Of a stretch of 20,000 nucleotides of DNA, positions 1-7,712 are shown piece by piece. How positions within the stretch are numbered: the stretch's first letter is position 1; each line of letters opens with the position of its first letter. A model generated the notes under the pieces. It ran no database searches and was not told the origin of the DNA. It saw only the letters and a program-made list of their open reading frames with translations. A program made the position numbers and the translations under genes. This DNA comes from an uncultured virus (IMG/VR IMGVR_UViG_3300030109_004479). Its lineage: Duplodnaviria; Heunggongvirae; Uroviricota; Caudoviricetes. Where the stretch lies: IMG/VR virus record IMGVR_UViG_3300030109_004479, positions 47,292 through 67,291 of that record; one strand, written 5' to 3'.

Positions 1-1
1 T

Positions 2-1252
2 ACCCAAGAAGCGGGGCGAATTGGTGCAGATATTCACAAGGCAACTCTCCACACATCACCGTGGATTGACCTTATTAAACAAACAACCTTTCCAGAAGGA
101 ATGGGGTATCAATTGAGTACACTTATTTATGACCGTGCTCTTCCACTATCTCCTATTAACAAGGACTTTACTGACTCTGGTATTAGTGTAGGTGTTGACT
201 TTTCACCTATCGGATCAACTCACGGAACTGCCGCTAATGGTATGTCTGCGAATCAGCAAGACCAGACTTTGTCTATAGGTACTGAGAAAGCAAGTGTTAA
301 CACTCTTGACTTCACTAAAGTTCAAAAGAACTACAGCCTTGAGAGAGCTATCGTTGAGTCTCCACGAATTAACGTTGAGGAACTTCGCTACACTGCTCAC
401 AGAACTGAGCAACTTCGGGCTATTATGGATATTCTGAAAGAGTCTACCCGCCATTCGTGGGAAGAGCGTTACCGTGATGAGTATTCTAAGCTCTGCGACA
501 ACGTAGTTGAGTGTTCAGCCTCAGGCACAGCCACTACTACTAATCTTGAAGGAACGGTTCTTACCGCTATTAACGTAGATACTGGAAACAACGGTTGTGA
601 CATTGACGCTAATATCTCCAACAAGATTCTTGATGATATTTACTTCAAACTTGTTAGAGCTGGTGCTGGAGCAAACGCTTATGGCCGTGAGAATGGCCGC
701 CCAGTGTTCTCCCTTGTTCTTTCGTCTGAAGCATCATATCAATTGATGACTGAAGCTGGATTCCGTGATGACGTGCGTTACAATAATGCTAAAGTTTCTG
801 ACCTCATTGCTCCATTAGGAGTTGAGAAGAGCTTTAGAGGTTTCTATCACTTGGTAGATGATCTTGCACCACGTTTCTCATTTAACGCTAGTACTGACAA
901 ACTGGAAAGAATTGATCCTTACACTGTTAGTGATACTACTGGTTCTGCAACGAACAAGGTTATTGTTAACACTGCTTACGATTCTGCCGACTTTGAAGCA
1001 GCTTACGTTCTCGTTGATAACGTGATGGAGTCTTTGATTCCTGCACCAATCACTAATGCTAACGGATTATCCTTTAATCCTGTTAACTACAAAGGTGAGT
1101 TCAAGTGGACTAACATCCCTGATGTAACACTTAACCCAGACGGAACTATTGGTTTCTTCAGAGGTATTCTTGCTTCGGCTTCTAAGCCAATCAAGACTAA
1201 CTTCGGGTATGCCATATTGTTCAAGCGTACAAGTAGTACACCTGCTGCTTAA
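2..1252 (+). CDS. Probable phage major capsid protein (5'-truncated)
   Basis: The track ORF 101..1252 is open in the same frame back to position 2 (TQEAGRIGADIHKATLHTSPWIDLIKQTTFPEG-MGY...), so the true start is upstream of the window and the protein exceeds 416 aa. Size, position at the head of a structural operon, the downstream hairpin/terminator and segments such as FSLVLSSEASYQL and SFRGFYHLVDDLAPRF resemble capsid proteins of uncultured phages. The fold was not verified. Confidence 0.75.
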   Translation, partial: TQEAGRIGADIHKATLHTSPWIDLIKQTTFPEGMGYQLSTLIYDRALPLSPINKDFTDSGISVGVDFSPIGSTHGTAANGMSANQQDQTLSIGTEKASVNTLDFTKVQKNYSLERAIVESPRINVEELRYTAHRTEQLRAIMDILKESTRHSWEERYRDEYSKLCDNVVECSASGTATTTNLEGTVLTAINVDTGNNGCDIDANISNKILDDIYFKLVRAGAGANAYGRENGRPVFSLVLSSEASYQLMTEAGFRDDVRYNNAKVSDLIAPLGVEKSFRGFYHLVDDLAPRFSFNASTDKLERIDPYTVSDTTGSATNKVIVNTAYDSADFEAAYVLVDNVMESLIPAPITNANGLSFNPVNYKGEFKWTNIPDVTLNPDGTIGFFRGILASASKPIKTNFGYAILFKRTSSTPAA

Positions 1253-1259
1253 TTCTAAA

Positions 1260-1287
1260 GTGGGGTTCCCGTAAAAAGGAACCCCAC
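1260..1287 (+). promoter_or_regulatory. Perfect 10-bp GC-rich stem-loop after the capsid stop codon
   Basis: GTGGGGTTCC (1260-1269) pairs with GGAACCCCAC (1278-1287), loop CGTAAAAA. It is followed by ATAATATT rather than a U-tract, so it is a weak terminator at best, or an mRNA stability/processing element. Confidence 0.7.
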
Positions 1288-1315
1288 ATAATATTAATTT
1301 TAACTATTAAAAATT

Positions 1316-1462
1316 ATGCCAACTTTAGATGATTCGCCTATATTAGAAATATTAACTTCTACTACTATGGCTGACGACGACCTTGTATTGGTCTATGATC
1401 AGTCAGAGCAAAAGATAAAAGCTATTACAATAGCTCAACTTAGAGTAGATATTAACGTCTAA
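1316..1462 (+). CDS. Small 48-aa protein (not in ORF track), candidate capsid-associated protein
   Basis: ATG 1316 to TAA 1460-1462 gives MPTLDDSPILEILTSTTMADDDLVLVYDQSEQKIKAITIAQLRVDINV. The A/T-rich leader (AAAAATT-ATG) is like those of neighbouring genes, and the ORF fills the gap between two hairpins. The DDDLVLVYD..E.KIKAITIAQL segment resembles a short motif recurring in phage virion/fibre proteins. Confidence 0.75.
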   Translation: MPTLDDSPILEILTSTTMADDDLVLVYDQSEQKIKAITIAQLRVDINV

Positions 1463-1483
1463 CCTTAAAGGTTTACTATTCAC

Positions 1484-1530
1484 AATAATCCCCGATCCTC
1501 TTGATAAAGCAGGGGATCGGGGTTATTTTT
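1484..1530 (+). terminator. Rho-independent terminator
   Basis: CCCCGATCCTCT (1490-1501) pairs with AGGGGATCGGGG (1511-1522, one G-U pair), 9-nt loop. It is followed by TTATTTTT (1523-1530), and an outer AATAA/TTATT pairing extends the stem. Confidence 0.85.
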
Positions 1531-1549
1531 GTACAACCAATTATTTATT

Positions 1550-2029
1550 ATGCCGACTGTAGGAAAAAAGAAATTTAAATACGATGAAGAGGGTATGGCG
1601 GCTGCTGAGGCAGAAGCTGCTGACTCTGGACAAGAAATGAGTATGGTGGATAAAGTAGATGATACTTTGTCTGGTTTAGAAATGCCTGAGCAGGATATTG
1701 CTATGCCTGATGAAATAGAACCCTCTGTAGATGAAATGGCTGAGGAGGAACCAGAAACAGACGTTCTTGATCAAGGTTTATTGATGCAATTATTTAGAAT
1801 TGTTTACAGGCAAGACTATGATCCAAACAATCAAAAGCACCAGTCTCAGTTATCTGTAATAGAGAGCACTCTGGATCAAAACCCAGAAATGGCTAGCAGG
1901 TTGAAAGATGGTGAAATGTCTATGACTGACTTTGCATTGCGTGTATATAAGGGAATGGTTCCTTCTGAAGAAGCTACAATGACGGCTCCTGCTGTTACGC
2001 CTGAAGCAGGTAATTCTTATATGGCTTAA
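1550..2029 (+). CDS. Hypothetical acidic protein (159 aa)
   Basis: The track start (TTG 1529) lies in the terminator U-tract. ATG 1550 has the A/T-rich leader TTATTTATT-ATG typical of this operon. The protein has a basic N-terminus (MPTVGKKKFKY) followed by a very D/E/M-rich, probably disordered region. Confidence 0.75.
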   Translation: MPTVGKKKFKYDEEGMAAAEAEAADSGQEMSMVDKVDDTLSGLEMPEQDIAMPDEIEPSVDEMAEEEPETDVLDQGLLMQLFRIVYRQDYDPNNQKHQSQLSVIESTLDQNPEMASRLKDGEMSMTDFALRVYKGMVPSEEATMTAPAVTPEAGNSYMA

Positions 2030-2030
2030 T

Positions 2031-2579
2031 ATGGCACTTACCTCTTTAAACTTAGTTCAGCAATTATCTGCTAACCTTACCTCAACAGGGATTAGGGGGA
2101 ATATTCCACTCGGTGGTACGAACACAACCGTGCTTAGTTCGGACGATGCCGATTACATGTATGAGTTTACTATAGAAGCAGCCGCTAATGGTAATGTAAC
2201 AACATGGAACTTAGCTACAAATCAGTTAACAAATACCACTGGGAATGCTTACATAAATCAACCTTCAGGAGCTATTGCACGGGATGCTAATGGGGATGAA
2301 GTGCATCTTCCTGATGGTCAAAGTCCATCTGTAGATGATAAGATTGTAGCCATATATTATGAAACTGAAGCAACTAATACAGGAAACATTGCGATTGCTG
2401 CTTCAAACCCTGTTTATGGCACAGTTACTTTTAACTCAGGAGTAGGGACTACTGTAGGAGTTAGAGTTCCAAGATCCGCTTTATTTATTCCAAGATGGGA
2501 GGCTTCTTCTGGCACAGTTACTTTTACGTTTAGTGCATCTGGAGATAAACTACACGGAATTTTCTTAGGCAAGACATAA
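2031..2579 (+). CDS. Hypothetical virion structural protein (182 aa)
   Basis: Long ORF tightly coupled to its neighbours (TAA-T-ATG). The composition is T/N/G/A-rich and beta-strand-like with few charged residues, as is typical of virion proteins. No family recognised. Confidence 0.6.
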   Translation: MALTSLNLVQQLSANLTSTGIRGNIPLGGTNTTVLSSDDADYMYEFTIEAAANGNVTTWNLATNQLTNTTGNAYINQPSGAIARDANGDEVHLPDGQSPSVDDKIVAIYYETEATNTGNIAIAASNPVYGTVTFNSGVGTTVGVRVPRSALFIPRWEASSGTVTFTFSASGDKLHGIFLGKT

Positions 2580-2582
2580 TAA

Positions 2583-4064
2583 ATGGCAACATCCCCGAAC
2601 AGAAGACAACGGGTATTTGAGTTCGCAACTCCAAAGGTAGCGGATTTAGTTGTTGTCGAAGTGGTTGACGTTAGCAGAAAAGCGGGGTCTGCCGAAACTA
2701 TAAGTGATAGTGCTTATGGGTCTAATCATCCTAACACAGATAAGTTTCCTGACTTTAAATTAGCTTTAATTAAAAATGCTGATGAAGATCAAGGCCAGTT
2801 TCAATACTGGTATTATGTAAAAGACAGGGCTAGTCAAGACGACTATAACTGGGAGTTCCAAGCTGCGGGAGGCTCTAATCCTTTGTATGATACTGTGGTC
2901 AGAACGTATGTAACTCTTCGTAGTAGCTACGAAACCAACTCTCCTAAAATAGGTTACAATACATCCGTTGATACCGAAGCTTTATTAAACTTAGGTCAGA
3001 AGAAAGATAATAATACTTACATGCCTTCGGGCGATACAGACTTAACTCCCTTTTCAGGAACCGTCTTGGCAGGTACAGACTCTAGTGGAGCGGCTATTCT
3101 AGCAACTAGAACAAATGGAGTTAAATTTGACACTGATTATATTTTATTTGAAAGAAGACAAGTTCGTTCAGGAGATGAGACTTTGGATTCTTTATATGTT
3201 GTAGAGCAGCGGGTATTTATAAAAAAGATCCCTATTCGTGGAACGGACGTAGACGCAGAGTTTAATTTTGCTCTTCGCTCTAAACAAACAATTTTTCATA
3301 AAGACGAGCTACCTGTAAAAACTACAGTGTTTAAGGAATCAGACACAACAGTACCTACAGACCCTTCTAAGAACACTTCTCAAGTTTTTGCTTTAGGGAA
3401 CGCAGCTACTGCTCAGGGCCCTATTCCTTTTTTTGGATCTAAGTTAATAGATGGTGAGGGGTCTAATAAATTTGGTATTCTTTGTGAAGGTAGACAGTTG
3501 TCAGATAATTGGTATTCTATTTCTGAAAAAGAAGTTGTTAAGACAGATACTAATAACTTAGTTCGATCTTATACTACATATCAAAATTATACGTGGCCAG
3601 CTGTTCTTGATCGAATTGCAGATGAAAACTGGACACGGAATGACGGGGGTACCGACACCATAGTTTATCCTATCTATAAAAGAGGTGCCTATAGTGGCCC
3701 TACTAAAGTATTAGTTCAATTGTATTGGACAGACTCTGATACTGGTTTTCCTACATCTACTTCTCAAGACGGAGGGCACACTCATATAGGAACAATAAAT
3801 CCAATGCTTCCTGAGCCTTTAGTATTTCAGACTCCCATAGCAACGGTAAACGTACCTCCTACTTTACATAACCAAATTTTGGTTACAGCTACAACAGGAA
3901 GCAACCACCCTGTATACAATTATATAGGAACTCGCTGGCTGTTTTTAAAGACAAATCATGTAGATTGGCCTGACACTATTATAATAGCGGATTCACAGAG
4001 ACCTTATAGAGGAGGTTTTTTGAGGGAAAAGATAACTGCATATAAACCTGTAGCTTCTACATAA
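2583..4064 (+). CDS. Hypothetical virion/tail structural protein (493 aa)
   Basis: 493-aa ORF in the structural operon (TAA TAA ATG junction), rich in T/V/Y beta-type sequence. It has a single GGHTHIG motif at about 3771-3791. Function is inferred from context only. Confidence 0.55.
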   Translation: MATSPNRRQRVFEFATPKVADLVVVEVVDVSRKAGSAETISDSAYGSNHPNTDKFPDFKLALIKNADEDQGQFQYWYYVKDRASQDDYNWEFQAAGGSNPLYDTVVRTYVTLRSSYETNSPKIGYNTSVDTEALLNLGQKKDNNTYMPSGDTDLTPFSGTVLAGTDSSGAAILATRTNGVKFDTDYILFERRQVRSGDETLDSLYVVEQRVFIKKIPIRGTDVDAEFNFALRSKQTIFHKDELPVKTTVFKESDTTVPTDPSKNTSQVFALGNAATAQGPIPFFGSKLIDGEGSNKFGILCEGRQLSDNWYSISEKEVVKTDTNNLVRSYTTYQNYTWPAVLDRIADENWTRNDGGTDTIVYPIYKRGAYSGPTKVLVQLYWTDSDTGFPTSTSQDGGHTHIGTINPMLPEPLVFQTPIATVNVPPTLHNQILVTATTGSNHPVYNYIGTRWLFLKTNHVDWPDTIIIADSQRPYRGGFLREKITAYKPVAST

Positions 4065-4065
4065 C

Positions 4066-5121
4066 ATGGCTGATATTGATGCTAGTGGTAGAGGAGATGT
4101 AAAAGAATCTGCTGGGTCAAGCCTAACAGAACTTAATTTAGTTGATAACCCCTACGGTGAGTTTCAACACAATATATTTGATGCAAACTACGAACATTCT
4201 CCGTACACCTCTTTTAATGGTTCGGGGGCCTCTAGTGGTTCAGGTTCTGGGTTAGGGAGTATAACTCCTGTACATCCTTTTAAATTAGAAAGATTTGTAG
4301 ATTCTTCAGGGAGCCCTAGGACTCGTTTATATAAAGGTTATTTACGATATTGTATTAATACTTTTAAAACAATAATTCAAAGTGATACTAAAACGACTAC
4401 TGCTTATAGCACTTCTGCAAATGGTTCAGATGCTAATTCAAAAACACACACTGAAAGTGCTCATACCCACAGTCTTACTGACTATACTGGAAGTGTTTAT
4501 TCTTCTGGTGGATCATACTCCGACACCCCCCACCAACATAATTTAGGAGGTAGTACTGAAGGAGTTGATTCTCCAACTGATGGGCATTTTCACAAGATTC
4601 CCGATTTAGTACCTTCAACCTCAACAGTAGATAAGTTTGTGTGTGTTCATGGGCAGACGGAAGGGCAAGGAATTTTAAGAGATGTGTCGGCAAACGGTTT
4701 TGGTGAAATTACAAATGATTTAGGGGAAGGCACGGGGGTTTATGCTATGGACTTACCTGTTGGAGATACATTTGGTTCTATTTTTTTAAAATGGAAAATA
4801 GTTTTATCTGATACGGTTGATCTTTCTGGGGTTACTATAAGTGCTGCTGATGTAACAATTCACAGAGATGCTGCTGTAACTAAAGAAGCTCACGAACTTT
4901 CAGACGATGACCAACTTCCTAAATTAGAATCAGACAACGAAGGAGCTAGTATGACTAATTTTGATAGAGGAGGTGAGTCTGAAGATGACAGGACGGCTTA
5001 CTTTTATGTAAAAATAGGCGAGTCCTACCCTGCTGCGGAAGGCTCCCTTAAATCTATTGTGCAAATAACTTACGATAATATTAACTGGACTCCTTTACTA
5101 ATATCAAGAGCGAGTACATAA
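4066..5121 (+). CDS. Hypothetical tail-tip/spike-like protein with HxH motifs (351 aa)
   Basis: A Gly/Ser linker (NGSGASSGSGSGLGS) is followed by VHPFKL and then an S/T/G-rich segment with AHTHSL, PHQHNL and GHFHKI motifs. Confidence 0.5.
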   Translation: MADIDASGRGDVKESAGSSLTELNLVDNPYGEFQHNIFDANYEHSPYTSFNGSGASSGSGSGLGSITPVHPFKLERFVDSSGSPRTRLYKGYLRYCINTFKTIIQSDTKTTTAYSTSANGSDANSKTHTESAHTHSLTDYTGSVYSSGGSYSDTPHQHNLGGSTEGVDSPTDGHFHKIPDLVPSTSTVDKFVCVHGQTEGQGILRDVSANGFGEITNDLGEGTGVYAMDLPVGDTFGSIFLKWKIVLSDTVDLSGVTISAADVTIHRDAAVTKEAHELSDDDQLPKLESDNEGASMTNFDRGGESEDDRTAYFYVKIGESYPAAEGSLKSIVQITYDNINWTPLLISRAST

Positions 5122-5130
5122 TGGGGCTGC

Positions 5131-5826
5131 ATGGTAGACCCTAAGTATATAAAGCTTAGTTATTGGTTTGATCGCATCTATGTTATTAATAGACCTGACA
5201 GACCTGTTCGATTAGCTAGATTTTTTAAACATATAGAAGAACTCGGATTAGCAGAAAGGCATGAAGTTATAGTATACCCAGCAATTATGGGGAATAAAAC
5301 AACGTGCCCTCCTTATTTTTTAGCGGGAGCTGGAGCGTGGGGGTGCTTAAAATCCCATAGCAATATAATAGAAAATGCTATTATGGAGGTAGAAATTAAA
5401 GGAGAGACACACGGAATAGATAGTATTCTTATACTAGAAGATGATGTGCAGTTTATTGATAACCCTTACCAATTGATATTTAATTTTTTGTCTAATATCC
5501 CTAAAGATTGGGATCAATTATATTTGGGAGGCCAACATAGAATGAAACCGATAGCTACTGAAAACTCGGAAATTAAAAGGGTTATAAGTACTAATAGGAC
5601 GCATGCTTATGCTTTAAACAGTAAAATTTATAAAAAAGTATATGCACATATTAATAATGCTACTGACTATATAGGCAAAAAAGATTATCATGTAGATGGT
5701 CAGTTAGAAGAAGCCCACAGAAAACAGGCATGGAACGTGTATTGCCCTCCTAAATGGCTAGCTGGGCAATGTGCTAATATAAGTGATGTAAGTAACACGG
5801 AAATCCCCTATAAAATATGGGACTAG
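5131..5826 (+). CDS. Glycosyltransferase, family 25-like (GT-A fold)
   Basis: It carries the hallmark GT25 motifs in order: FDRIYVIN..DR..RL..F, GAWGCLKSH, ILILEDDVQF, DWDQLYLGG, THAYALN and HVD. Confidence 0.9.
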   Translation: MVDPKYIKLSYWFDRIYVINRPDRPVRLARFFKHIEELGLAERHEVIVYPAIMGNKTTCPPYFLAGAGAWGCLKSHSNIIENAIMEVEIKGETHGIDSILILEDDVQFIDNPYQLIFNFLSNIPKDWDQLYLGGQHRMKPIATENSEIKRVISTNRTHAYALNSKIYKKVYAHINNATDYIGKKDYHVDGQLEEAHRKQAWNVYCPPKWLAGQCANISDVSNTEIPYKIWD

Positions 5827-5871
5827 TTGACAGCTTGAATTAAGCACAATTTCTCTTATATTTAGTATATT
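5827..5871 (+). promoter_or_regulatory. Possible sigma70-like promoter between the GT25 gene and the adaptor gene
   Basis: This 45-nt gap is the largest intergenic space downstream of position 1550. It contains TTGACA (5827-5832), TTGAAT (5835-5840) and two TATATT hexamers (5857-5862, 5866-5871). TTGAAT-N16-TATATT has near-canonical spacing, while the perfect TTGACA has no correctly spaced -10. Confidence 0.35.
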
Positions 5872-6927
5872 GTGCCAGCATTAACTACCCAGCAATTAGA
5901 GACTACTCATAAAAAGTATTTAGATGCATCTAATGCTTCCCCTTCTGATTTTTGGGAAGCCTTAAATGAAATAATGCCCAGAATATATAAAATGGGCTAC
6001 TGGCGGGAAATGCTTTTAGAGCATTCCCAAAGTGCTAAAGATGAATACATATCACTGCCTCCAGAAACCGATTCATTAGTAGCGGGTATATTAGATAATA
6101 ACCCGTTACCTACAAGATCCTTATGGCACGACTATAAAATTTTTGGTACTAATGATCGGGATGACACCCTTTTAAGTTCTTTTATTGATGATGGGTATGC
6201 TCCAACGTACAGGGATTTAGTATCAGGCAGCCAGTATAAAATAAAATATTCTTCTTTAAAAGGCCCTTTTAACACTAGACCTGAATTAGGAAAAATAAAC
6301 ATTAGGTTTAGGCAACACAGCGATGCAACAAATCACCACGGTGTAATTCATCCAGAAACAAAACTAGAGTTATCTTCTTATACAGAAGTTACTCATGATT
6401 TTAAAGCTTCTTTTTCGACAGGAGACGCTGCTGGATTTGAACTTGATTTAGTAGCAGATACCGATGTTACGGACATAGTGTCTATTACTTGGTCTGATAT
6501 GGAATCGGATCATCCTATAATTGTTGTTGCGGAATATCAAGGAGTAGCTGGAGAAAGCATAACTACAGATAGTACAAAAGATTTAATGCTTGCAGAAATT
6601 AATTCAAGAAATGGAGTATCAAGGTACAGAAGATTTAGGGTAGGAGGCACAAACGATACCTCAACAGCACATTTACTTTTGAAAAGAAGATGGATAGATT
6701 GCGACAGTGCTCATGATCTAATTCACATCCCATCTAATGCAATTATAAAACACGCTCTTTTAGGTAAACTGGGAGAAGATAACGGAGATGCCCAAAGAGC
6801 AGAGTATCATTGGGGCTTAGTAACCCAACTTTTAGAATCAGACACTGACTCTTATAGGGGGACTGCTAAACCCACTTTAAACATAGCCCCTAATGGCGTA
6901 GGTGGTGGTATGTTAGGGATGTATTAA
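5872..6927 (+). CDS. Probable head-tail adaptor / tail tubular protein A-like (351 aa, GTG start)
   Basis: The N-terminal helical pattern FWEALNEIMPRIYKMGYW...YISLPPETDSL and the C-terminal helical pattern LIHIPSNAIIKHALLGKLGEDNGDAQRAEYHWGLVTQLL resemble podovirus adaptor proteins. A central beta-rich region lies between them, and the gene sits upstream of the fibre genes. Confidence 0.5.
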   Translation: MPALTTQQLETTHKKYLDASNASPSDFWEALNEIMPRIYKMGYWREMLLEHSQSAKDEYISLPPETDSLVAGILDNNPLPTRSLWHDYKIFGTNDRDDTLLSSFIDDGYAPTYRDLVSGSQYKIKYSSLKGPFNTRPELGKINIRFRQHSDATNHHGVIHPETKLELSSYTEVTHDFKASFSTGDAAGFELDLVADTDVTDIVSITWSDMESDHPIIVVAEYQGVAGESITTDSTKDLMLAEINSRNGVSRYRRFRVGGTNDTSTAHLLLKRRWIDCDSAHDLIHIPSNAIIKHALLGKLGEDNGDAQRAEYHWGLVTQLLESDTDSYRGTAKPTLNIAPNGVGGGMLGMY

Positions 6928-6954
6928 CAATTTAACAATAAAACAAATTATATT

Positions 6955-7236
6955 ATGGCTGAAAACAGAACATTAAAAGGAATATATGGAGAAGCAGGAG
7001 CTACTATGCGTAGCGGGACTGAGTCAATCGAAAAAGATATATGCGCAATTCTCGTTATTGAGGCTGCCGTCTTAGATGCTACGGGAACTATTTGGGCTGA
7101 ACTTACTGATACTGGTGTGGGAGCAAAAGCCCTAAAGGGGGGTGTTACTCTTCCTGCGGGAATTACTATCTACGGACAGTTTTCCAAAGTCACCTTGGAT
7201 AGTGGCACAGTTCTTTGCTATCACGCTTCTAAGTAA
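6955..7236 (+). CDS. Small hypothetical virion protein (93 aa)
   Basis: A-rich leader (AACAATAAAACAAATTATATT-ATG). The C-terminal VTLPAGITIYGQFSKVTLDSGTVLCY is a beta-sandwich-type motif I associate with small proteins of aquatic phages. Function unknown. Confidence 0.65.
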   Translation: MAENRTLKGIYGEAGATMRSGTESIEKDICAILVIEAAVLDATGTIWAELTDTGVGAKALKGGVTLPAGITIYGQFSKVTLDSGTVLCYHASK

Positions 7237-7238
7237 TC

Positions 7239-7712
7239 ATGGCTAACATAGAGATTAAGAGGGGTCAGCAGACTCAAGTAGATATAAAGTATATCCCTTC
7301 GGGGGAGACATATACTAAAAACTTTTTTAATGCTACGACTCTTGGTTCTGCTCCTAAAAAATTTAGGCATAAAGCTTCATTAGTTCTTAGGAGGAAAACA
7401 AATAATTCTGTTCAGGGAGAGGTTGTAGATACTTTAACTACGACAGACACAGCAGCGTCAGCTTCTACCTCATCTTTACAATCAACATCGGGGAGGATTA
7501 GATTTCCTAACGTAGGGGCTTCTAATACAGCTAACGCAAATATCACATTGCACTTTGATACCGCAGCTTCTGATGCGCTCCCTAACGAAAAAATTACTAT
7601 TTTTGGCGATTTAAAAATTACTGATGTTGCTCCTGACGGTAGCGAAGCAACTACTGATGAAGTTATTAACTCTTTCCGATTAACTTTTGATATAATACCA
7701 GAAATTATCTAA
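7239..7712 (+). CDS. Putative fibre attachment/adaptor protein (BppU N-terminal-like Ig fold, 157 aa)
   Basis: The pattern IEIKRG...ITLHFDTAASDALP...IFGDLKIT...TFDIIPEI resembles small Ig-like proteins found immediately before tail fibre genes. Its stop overlaps the fibre start (TAATG). Confidence 0.45.
   Translation: MANIEIKRGQQTQVDIKYIPSGETYTKNFFNATTLGSAPKKFRHKASLVLRRKTNNSVQGEVVDTLTTTDTAASASTSSLQSTSGRIRFPNVGASNTANANITLHFDTAASDALPNEKITIFGDLKITDVAPDGSEATTDEVINSFRLTFDIIPEII

Noticed and set aside
101..103. ORF-track start codon for the capsid gene
   Set aside because: The frame is open and protein-like back to position 2, so the real start lies upstream of the window.
1461..1473. Small inverted repeat AACCT-TAA-AGGTT
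   Set aside because: A 5-bp stem in AT-rich DNA is expected by chance.
1529..1549. TTG start for the acidic protein
   Set aside because: It lies within the terminator U-tract. ATG 1550 has the leader typical of this operon.
4526..4531. C6 homopolymer as a phase-variation tract
   Set aside because: It is too short and is explained by Thr-Pro-His codons. The frame is intact.
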